Origin: Octopus vulgaris | Taxonomy: Eukaryota | NCBI GenBank assembly: GCA_951406725.2 | Contig: OX597823.1 | Span: 50,344,001 to 50,408,000, forward strand | Length of the DNA: 64,000 nt | Direction: 5' to 3' | The notes under the pieces: model-generated | Database searches by the model: none | What the model was told of the DNA's origin: nothing | Seen by the model: only the letters and a program-made list of their open reading frames with translations | Program-made: the position numbers and the translations under genes | Shown: positions 54,631-64,000 of the stretch, one piece after another | Numbering within the stretch: the stretch's first letter is position 1 | Layout: the number at the start of each line of letters is the position of its first letter

Positions 54631-54911
54631 GTCTACAGTTTTTCTTTACAGATTTTCACTTTTCAAAATCACGAGAATTTCTACCGTTTTGTATAAACAA
54701 GGTCTCGGAGTTATTTTTTTCCTTCTTTTTAAATATTACTTCGAGTCTTTTTATTAATGGAGCAGTTAATTTTTTAGTTTTTCCTTAGTTTGTTTCTAAT
54801 TTAGGTACAGAACCCATTAGTTTTTGCAGGGAGAGTGTGAGTTGATATCATCGACCGCTGTATTTCCCTGGTATTTCATTTATTGATTTCGGTGGGACGA
54901 AAGGAAAAGTT

Positions 54912-55339
54912 GGATCTTTTCGGTTTGAACGGCAGTTTTTAACATAATTTCTAGGTAACTAAAAAAATTTTAAACTTCGTATACTGGTAGAATGTGTTTA
55001 TAAAACCTCTTTTTCTCTTGGCTTTATTGAGAAAATTCTATAGTTTGTAAAATATTTGGTTTTTTTTTTTCAATTTCTACAATTTCAACCAATCACTGAC
55101 GTCTATTGAGGTAAAAAAACATTCTGTGCCGTATGAATATGTCCCTCGTTTAAGAAACAGATTGGGTTTATTTACATTTGTGAAGAAAAAAAGATACCCT
55201 TCCCCCCAACCCTAACCCTAACTAACCCTAACCCTAAAACACACTGAAATGCAATAGATCGATACTAGGGTCATAATTATAGGTGACAATTTCATATGAG
55301 ACCGCTAGAAAAAAACTGCCGTTCAAACCGAAAAGATCC
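54912..55339. mobile_element. MITE copy 2 with perfect 8 bp TSD, inserted in a SINE
   Basis: gaaaagtt|GGATCTTTTCGG...CCGAAAAGATCC|gaaaagtt; internal (ccctaa)n. Confidence 0.92.
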
Positions 55340-57563
55340 GAAAAGTTGTCTGCAGTGAAATTTGAACCTGTTTTAACAGCATCGCCGAGCAACAAATATT
55401 TTCTTATATTTCCTTTCTCTCGGGTGGATTTTTTTTTATGTAGTCAATTTTATTTGTTTTACATACACACACTGAATACAGGCACAGTGTATGTTAAGGT
55501 TTAATTATTCAGCTGTACAAACGCATAAAAGACATTTTTGTGAATCTTGAACAAAGGGGATATGAAGATTTTAGGATTCAAATCTGTTGCTAAAACTACG
55601 ATACTATCTTAAAACGTGAAGAGGACGAAATGTAGAAAGAATAAAGAAAGGTATCAGAGAAATGGTCTCCTGTGGTTGTTTTATTTTTAGTGCAATCCTT
55701 ACACGACTTTTGCTCAGCATATAGTTTACATTTATTTTAAATGTGAATATAAAAATATTTTAATATAAAACAGATGAATATTTAAACTTGAATAATATTA
55801 TAATTTTCCCGATTTCTAAGTAATGTTGGTTTCACGTCAATAGAACTTCGGGGAACATAATATTAGTTTTAATAAGTCATTCAACATTCTTTCCCCTTGG
55901 CAGTAGCCGCAGTAGAATGTAGCTTGTTCAATGGTTAAAGATGAACTTATTATCATAGCTGAAAATCTAATTAGCCTTTCTTGAAACTGCTCCAGTTAAA
56001 GTGGATTCTTATTGGTTGTTATCGAACGGAAAGCTACCGAAGAAGACTTTGATTGGTTCAATCAGAGGCCCACAAGAGGCTTCAAATTATTCCCTCACTT
56101 GGAATTCCCTGATTTCGAGTGACTTGATCGTTTGTCAATTGTAATGAAAACTTGCCCCCAAATGATTTGCTCAACCAAATCGGATTTCCATTTATAAGTT
56201 TGATAATCTTAAATCTATGAAAATCGAAACCCAAATTACAATAAATTTTCTGGCTTTATGCATAAAGTTTCAGTAATGTAACAACTATACATGATACACC
56301 GTTTGTCAAAAGTATTTTGATATTCTAACCAATCGTTATACTAACAATGTATTGGGCTATTGTGCTTTTAAACTAAATACAAAAGAACCGTAAAGTTATT
56401 AAACGTATTTTCAATAGCATCACGTGATTTTATATATTTAGTTGATAATATATTAGGGTATTCGTATTAGTGTAATACTATAACTCCGAGATTCGCTAGT
56501 TAAGTACTTTTAAGATAATTCATTTGCATAGTGGGCATCAAAATTGAATCTTATAATCACCAAAACTCCACGGTGTTAAAGAAGAAGAGAAAAGATGATG
56601 ATGATCTGAACCTGCGAGGCAGTTTCGAGTTCAGCTCAACGCCATTAAATTTCATTTACGCTGTTAATTTTACATAGTTAAAATTCAGTTTTACTTTCTC
56701 GGCAGTTGCTTGTTTGTACCTTGAAGGAGTACCGACGTCAAATTACACCTCTTCTTGCTAATTTCTGAAGAAATTTTGGAGAGGGATGCTAATATAATTA
56801 AAAAATTGTTTCATCCAGTTTGTCATTTCAGTTTTCAAAAACGGAATTAAGCTGCTCGTACGAAACTACCAACTGATCTCACCCACCGTTCATATCCATA
56901 AAGATATGTGGGAGGGTGCTGAGATGAAGAATAAGTGACTTTATGGAGAGCCACAAGCGTTGTCTAACTGATGTTAGCATCAAGTTTAAAATTCATTATA
57001 GCTGGGATCCTGCACTCTCTAACCTCTGTTAAAATCAAACTCACGAGACTTAAATAAATCGTGGCACATCATTTTTTCTTACAGATCTGCTCTATTCAAC
57101 ATTATCCCGAAACAAATAAGAAAAAAAGCAGAGCTTTTATAACCTGGACAACTCCCCGCCAAGAAATCTGAATCAAATCACGGACACTAAAAACTGTTTT
57201 GAGTAACAAAATTGAGTGTTTTTATTGTGTCCCTCAATATGACCTTGAAGATTTCTCTGGGTAGTATTATGAAGTTCAATAAAGCCGGGGTCAATATGAA
57301 CTGAGATTTGTGAAGGTTTATATATATAAATTCTTTTATTTGTTTCGGTCAGATGACTGCGGCCATGCTAGAACACAGCCTTGTAAGGTTTTAGTCGGAC
57401 AAATTGACTTCAGCCTAGTACTTATTCTATCAATCTCCTTTGCGGAACCATTAAGCTACTGGGATGTAAACACACTAACACCGGTTGTCAAGCGGTATGG
57501 TGGGACAAATATAGACACAAAGACACACACATAGAAACACACACACACACGCATATATATATA

Positions 57564-57616
<53 letters not shown>

Positions 57617-58254
57617 AAAATACAAAATGGGACAAGAACGCAAAACATCCGGACAACTAGGTAATACAAAAAGGGACAACAAAACATCCAGATAGACGAT
57701 ACAAAAAAAAAAACAAGGACGGGTCATTCGAAGTCTTTTATCCTCAGTCAAGAACCGGATCATCCTCGCAATTTCGGCTGATTAATATATATGTATGTAT
57801 GTATATATGTATATACGATGGGATTCTCTCAGTTTCCGTCTACCAAATCCACTTACAAGGCTTTGGTCGACCCGAGGCTATAGTAGAAAAAACTTGCCCA
57901 AGGTGCCATGCAGTGGGACTGAACCCGGAACCAAATGGTTGGGAAGCAAGCTTCTTGCCACAAGCCACGCTTATGCATAGACCGCTAGACGTAAACTCGA
58001 AGTAGATAAAGTTATAAGTAATATGTAAATATTAAAAACACTTTTGGGTAGAATAGTCGAAGGCTGCTTGGGAGACCCAAACCTACAGCTGATAATTCAC
58101 CATTGGACAAAAGCAATTCTTCGAGAATTTGTATTCAGTGCCGAAGCTTTGTTCATACCAGCGAGAATTGCAAGTTGTTTACGTCATAAAAATTATGAAA
58201 GAAACTTCGAGAGAACGCAAAATAATTCATGATATACATACATACACATACTCA

Positions 58255-58308
<54 letters not shown>

Positions 58309-58710
58309 TCAATGATAATTGTGTATATATATATATATTATATATATATATTTGTGTAACATTTCTCTGTTTTTTTTTTCCGTCCTTGTTTTCGTATACA
58401 TTCGCTGCTTTCTTCCAAGGAATGTAATGCACGTAGATTATTTTTTTCCTTGGGGATGGCCAGATTGGAGCAATCTCGAGTATAAACAACCGAAATTGCA
58501 AAGATAATCTGGAACTCGACCGAGTATAGAAAACTCCGAATGATCCGTCCTTGTTTTCCTTGTATCGTCTATCTAGATATTTTGTTATCCCTTTTTTGTT
58601 TCATCTAACTGTCTGGATGTTTTGTGTTCTTGTCCCAATTTCGTATTTTTTATATATAAAATATAGCGGCGTACGTACACTTTGGTCTCATATATATATA
58701 TATATATATA

Positions 58711-59014
58711 TATTGTGCTTAGATGTGCTTAAGCACAGGGCCCCGTTGACCAGGGCGGGGAGCCCATCTTCCAGCACCCAATTTTTTTTACAATGCATTT
58801 TTCAATTGTCAAACGTTCAAATCCACGCCGTCATCTCTTTAGTTATCCGGTCATCGAAAAATTTTTTTCGATGGCCGGATAACTGAAGAGATGGCGGCAT
58901 GGGTTTGAACGTTTGACAATTGAAAAATGCTACGTAAAATAATTTGGGTGCTGGAAGATGGGCTCCCCGCCCTGGTCAACGGGGCCCTGTGCTTAAGCAC
59001 ATCTAAGCACAATA
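58711..59014. repeat. 304 bp near-perfect palindrome (foldback)
   Basis: tattgtgcttagatgtgcttaagcacagggccccgttgacc... mirrored to ...ggtcaacggggccctgtgcttaagcacatctaagcacaata; centre cgaaaaatttttttcg. Confidence 0.95.
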
Positions 59015-60360
59015 CTAAATCTGGCACTGTATGTGTGTAACGATGATGTTTGAATGATGATGAAGCCGCAGCGGAAAAATGAATGACTGAAGAACAATTA
59101 ATTACTTATGAAGATGACCATTTATTTAGTTGATTACAATGTAGTTACACTTTAAAATAAACGAAGTCGTCCCGAGTGCACATTGTTTGTAAGTGCAGTA
59201 TGGTGTTTCCTGTGTGGGAGCTAGCTCCATCTCTGTATTGCTAGTGAAAGAGACTGAGTGAAAGTGCCTTTAAAAATGGAGAGAGTGATTATTCTATTCT
59301 CACGCGTCACTCTGACCAGAAATCGGACTATGCCAATTGTTTGGCGTTGCCTGTACCAAAGAGATAGACTTGACATTTTACTGGGTATTTCTCAAGTTTG
59401 GTGATTATTGTAGGTTAACCTAAAACAAAAGATTTCTCTAGAAAAATCTAACTCCTCCATGAATGGAGAAAGTCTCAGATGTCAATTCATCCTCATTAAT
59501 CTCTAAATACAGAGAGGAGAAAATAAAAGACCTGAAATTTGTTTGACAATTAATAAAAATGTGGATTTGGGTTCGAATCCTCTTCGCTGCAGTAAGCTGG
59601 CCCCTAAATCTGTATCATTATTTCTGAGCTGAGATGAGCTGATTAAGGTGGCGAGCTGGCAGAATCGTTGGCACGCTGGACGAAATGCTTACCTTTATTT
59701 CGCCCGTTGTTGTGTTCTGAGTTCAAATTCCGCACAGGCCGACTTTGCCTTTCATCCTTTCGGGGTCAGTGAAATAAGTACCACTTACATACTGGGGTCA
59801 ATGTAATCACCTAACCCCTCCTCCCTTTGGCCCAAATTTCATGCCTTGTGCCAATAGCAGAAAGGATTATTTCCGAGCTGACTGGATACTGATGTTTCCT
59901 TGTCGCTCTCTTCCCATAACTAGATAAACTCATATTTATGGATGCCTAAATTTCTGCTCAACTATTGTTGGAAAAATATGAACGGAAAGTAGCAGAATAT
60001 TAAAAATTTTTTATAGACAAGCTACCTTTCTGTCATATATAAGTGCTTCAATACTTCCTATTTTCCACAATAATTTATAGGGAGTAAATATAAGAAGTTC
60101 CATCAATCCAACATCAAATGATTCGAGATGGAATGCAAACAAACAAGGATTAGCTACAGGAAATGTCATGATCGAGTTAATGAAGGTTCAATAAAATAAA
60201 CATAAACAGGCAGTTGTTAATTGCACGACAGCATTCGTAAATTAATTATGCCGACCTATAATTATAATTATGCAGAAAATGACAGGAAAACCATAGCTAG
60301 GTTCATGTGACGAGCCTATGAAACATTGGGTTGCATGAGGCAGAATCAAACGGTTATTAA

Positions 60361-60361
<1 letters not shown>

Positions 60362-60391
<30 letters not shown>

Positions 60392-60445
60392 TGTATGTAT
60401 GTATGTATGTATGTATGTATGTATGTATGTATGTATGTATGTATG
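60362..60445. repeat. (TATG)n microsatellite, left flank of retroelement
   Basis: Direct reading. Confidence 0.98.
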
Positions 60446-62455
60446 TCTCTTCTACTTTTTAATTATTGGAAATCTTCCACAGAGGAGGGAGCCGGTTTCC
60501 AAGAAAGATACAAGGCTCCATCTTCGGGATGTAGTTAACACAGACAAATTCACATTTGGAACTTGAGAAAAGTCTTGCACAGATTGCACTTGTAATGTAC
60601 GAATCAGCCAGTCAGTTTCTCTTTCTGAAAAGCCCAGTTTACCAAGATTCTCTTTTAAGCATTTACTAACAAAACCTAGTGATCCAATTATTGGTATGAA
60701 TATGAATTCATAATCTGAATACAGAAGCTGCGAGATTTCGAAGCAGTTGTCCATAGATACCCTCTTTGATTTTTCAAAGAGATATTTATATCTACAGGGC
60801 AGTTAACCTCTATGAAGGTACATACCTTTGTCTCTCTGTCCCAAGCAACAATATCCGGCCTGTTATGTTTACAGTTGACAGAAGTTTTAATGGAAATATT
60901 CCACCAGTATTCCTTGAGTTGGTGCTTAGGAATGTATTCCATAACAGAAGGATTTTCTAAGTTTATTTCAGGACAGTCTTTCTTGCAGATGCCATTGTAA
61001 ATTGTTTTAGCAACAACATCGTGCCGCATAGGGAGGCAGTACCGCGACGGCATTTTGGGACAGCAGCTAATCACATGCGCAATGTCTTCCACAGAAACAT
61101 GACATAGCCTACACATGCGGTTGCATCTTGGGATTACAAGAGCGTCACTGTCCCTCTTGTTCACCAGGTACTTTGTGGCGATCTCCTGTTCCTGGATTGC
61201 AAACACATAGCCTTCAAAGTGTAATATGATGTAGTGGTCTTGTGTCCAAAATAGGCTGCGCTTCGTGTTAATTCTACTGTCTTCTTCAAGCTTCTTGGCA
61301 ACATAACCATGCTTGGTCTTTTTTTTTGTATGCTGAGTGCTTTCTATCCAGGTCTTCTCTGAGGTAAGAGAGCCCATCTGTTTTGGGGCTATATCGGAGA
61401 TCACCAGGAAGAGAGTGTTTCTTGAAGTGTTCACTGCCAACTCGTACAATGTTGCTCACTTCGCTTTTCAGGACTGCATTAGTATATTTATTTTTGCTGC
61501 TGTTGTTTAGAAGGTGCTGCTTGAGTGATGCCATGCGGTATTAGAAGGCGGTCTGCACTGATCTGATGCTTCTACCATTTCTTCTTAGGTACAGCCTGTC
61601 AACATCACCGTTTCTGTGGAAGTTCCCAGTTGTTGTCAGGATTTTGCGTGTTTTGATACCTATGTGGATTTCCTCTACAGACCAATCAAGTATCCCAAAT
61701 GTTGGGATTAGCACTGGTACTGCAAACGCATTGTGAGATATTGTTCTGTTGTAAGAGGAGAGTTCCGACTGCCATATTTTCCTAAGTATGGTGTAATATT
61801 TTCGGGTCACTCTATCTTAATTCACAGTGCCTCCATATGATACATTTTCGTCTATGCCTAGGTACTTGTAACATTCTTTGTGTGGAATGGGAGAAGTAGA
61901 GAGACCGTTGATGCACAGATTTTGGGTTTGGGGTACTGACTTTCCCCGTTCTATAACCAAGTATAAACGTTTCTTTTGGCCAAATTCCATGCTTATATCA
62001 GCTGAAAATGTTGTTTTTGGTATTGTTAACACTTTTACCATAAATCTTCAGGTCGTCTACAAAGAAATTATGAATTACATTGATATTTCTAGCAGTAGAA
62101 GAGCCTAGCATGTAGCCATTTGTTTTCTACAGCAGGAACAATAATGGATTCAGTGCCAAAATGAAAAGAAATACAAAAAGACTATCTCCCTGGAATATTC
62201 CCTTTGAAATGCCTATACTATTAGAAACAATTATGCCTTCTTATAGTCAAACCATACTGTCACAAGGTTTCTACGTTGTTTTTCTTACTTCAGACAGTAC
62301 GGCTTTGTTTATTAAAAGTTGTTTGGCACAAACCCACACTCCCTTCTTTCCACCAGCCTGTTCATCAGTCACAATGTTGTTCGACTCACAATGGTCCTGG
62401 AGGAATTGTTTGAGGCAAGTTGTGTACAGTTTGTACATAATATTTAGGCAAGCAC
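60446..62455 (-). mobile_element. 5'-truncated, decayed RLE-type non-LTR retrotransposon (R4/Dong-like)
   Basis: RT: ACLNIMYKLYT, EQAGGKKG, KGIFQGDSL, YKYLGIDE; C-terminus: AIQEQEI, CRLC..EDIAHVISCC, RHDVVAK, HNRPDIVAWD..FIEV (CCHC + PD-(D/E)xK). Confidence 0.88.
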
Positions 62456-62606
62456 TATGTATGTATGTATGTATGTATGTATGTATGTATGTATGTATGT
62501 ATGTATGTATGTATGTATGTATGTATGTATGTATGTATGTATGTATTATGTATGTATGTATGTATGTATGTATGTATGTATGTATGTATGTATGTATGTA
62601 TGTATG
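62456..62606. repeat. (TATG)n microsatellite, right flank of retroelement
   Basis: Direct reading. Confidence 0.98.
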
Positions 62607-63035
62607 TGTATCTTAAGTTTTTTCTAACCATTTGAATTTTTATCCTCAGTATGTAAAACCTATATCAGAACTACATTTTTTTAACATAACGTGGTGAAAA
62701 TTCGAAAAACTTTAACTGGTCGTAGGAAATTTAACAAAAATCCATAATTGAGACACATTTGTTTTTTCCTCTCTATTTTTCTCTTCTCATCTATACTTTC
62801 CGTAGAGGGGCGTATGCTCGAAATGCTAAAGAATTCTTCCAGTTCTCCTGAATATCAACCTTGTCTTTTTTATTTCGACTTAAAGTTTAAAAAATTTTTT
62901 GTAAGAAATATACATACATACATAATACACACACACATACACCCCCCCACACACATATCAAAATGTAACCACATGTGGATCGTTGACGATTTTTTTTCTC
63001 CACGCTTCCTTTTCTCTTGATCTTTTCTCCGTCTC

Positions 63036-63072
63036 CTTTTTCTGACGAAGAGCTTTGCTCGAAACGTAAAAC
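63036..63072 (+). ncRNA. Minimal type I hammerhead-ribozyme-like motif in a Penelope-like repeat
   Basis: CTGACGA(63042-48)-A-GAGC ttt GCTC-GAAA-CG-TA; palindromic ACGT stem III; weak stem I (ttt/aaa). Confidence 0.5.
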
Positions 63073-64000
63073 CACCTTTTTTTCCTTCCTTGAACGTCTG
63101 CTAATACTTTGCATATACCACGTCCTCACGTTGTTCTTTTTCTTACACGTGTAGGAATGCCCATTTTTCTAATCAAAGCATTTTCTGATATAGACAAGTA
63201 CTAAGGAATGAAGGAAAGTAAGAATTTTTTTTTTTATTGCAGCTTCAGATTTCCTTCGTAGACTCAGCAACAACGACAAAAAGCATATTCTGAAATAATG
63301 ACTCCAGACGTATCTCTGGTTTTCAGCATTTGACTGGGTCTCTTCAAAAAATTTCTTTCGTTTTGTCTCATTTGCTTGTGTGGAGATATAATGTATCCAA
63401 GAACACATTATCCAATGATTTTTTTAAAATTTCGTTTTTGGATTTGGTTTGCAAGATTCTTTATTTGAGTACGTGTGTTGAAGCAAATTTTGTTGTGTCT
63501 GAGGAGAGTCATTTTCTCTTTGTGCCTTATAATGTAACACACTTACCGGTAAAATTTCCTCTTATTTCCTATTTTTATTTTCCTAAAATTTTCGTTGCGT
63601 CTTGCAACCTTTTCAATAGTCTTGACTCTTTTTTAAAATTTGTTTTCCTTTACAAAGGGACGACAATGTAATTTTGAGGGCAATTCAACTGCTGTATCAA
63701 GCAGGCTAGAGACGGGTTTGAGTCTCTCTCAAAACGGTTTCTCTGTACCTTTTTATCTATTGTTTCCTACTCATTTCTTTCTCCCTTGGTTAAAAATGAG
63801 CCCCTATGTGGTTGTTCGACATGCAAAAAATAGCAATTAAATATCTCTCAAATCACTCTCTTTGGGGTTACAAAAGAAATACAGGATAACAGACGCTCAA
63901 CCCAGAAACAGTGCCAATGTAGGGAAGTATGTTGGCATTCATCCTGCTCGAAATAACAGCCAAATCTTTCTCAAATCATACTCTGTTATCACTTTTTAAA

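Noticed and set aside
55205-55236. Telomere or chromosome-fusion relic
   Set aside because: Only a few TTAGGG units, internal to a MITE present twice

Overview
AT-rich, repeat-dense animal genomic DNA, most likely a coleoid cephalopod (Octopus-like), inferred from the tRNA-derived SINE families. The ORF track is mostly noise. Reading splice sites directly gives a complete 14-exon GALNS gene (N-acetylgalactosamine-6-sulfatase; minus strand, 43806..5169; 1536 nt CDS, 511 aa, all GT-AG, intact CSPSR formylglycine motif). The terminal coding exon of a convergent SNRNP40-like gene lies at 256..305 (+). The rest is mostly mobile DNA: SINEs, mariner and DD37D transposons, hAT/Tc2/piggyBac-type MITEs, a Merlin transposase relic, Tx1-like, CR1/L2-like and R4/Dong-like LINE relics, a U2 snRNA pseudogene, microsatellites and long palindromes. 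The most notable observations are: a TSD-bounded chimera of local intron sequence plus U2 snRNA; dispersed minimal hammerhead-ribozyme-like motifs with covarying stem II; an RLE-type retrotransposon embedded in a (CATA)n microsatellite; a SINE tail shared with Tx1-like LINE 3' ends; and a Merlin-type MITE carrying TTAGGG repeats. No CRISPR or prokaryotic system is supported. Family names come from recalled motifs, not database searches, and repeat boundaries are approximate.
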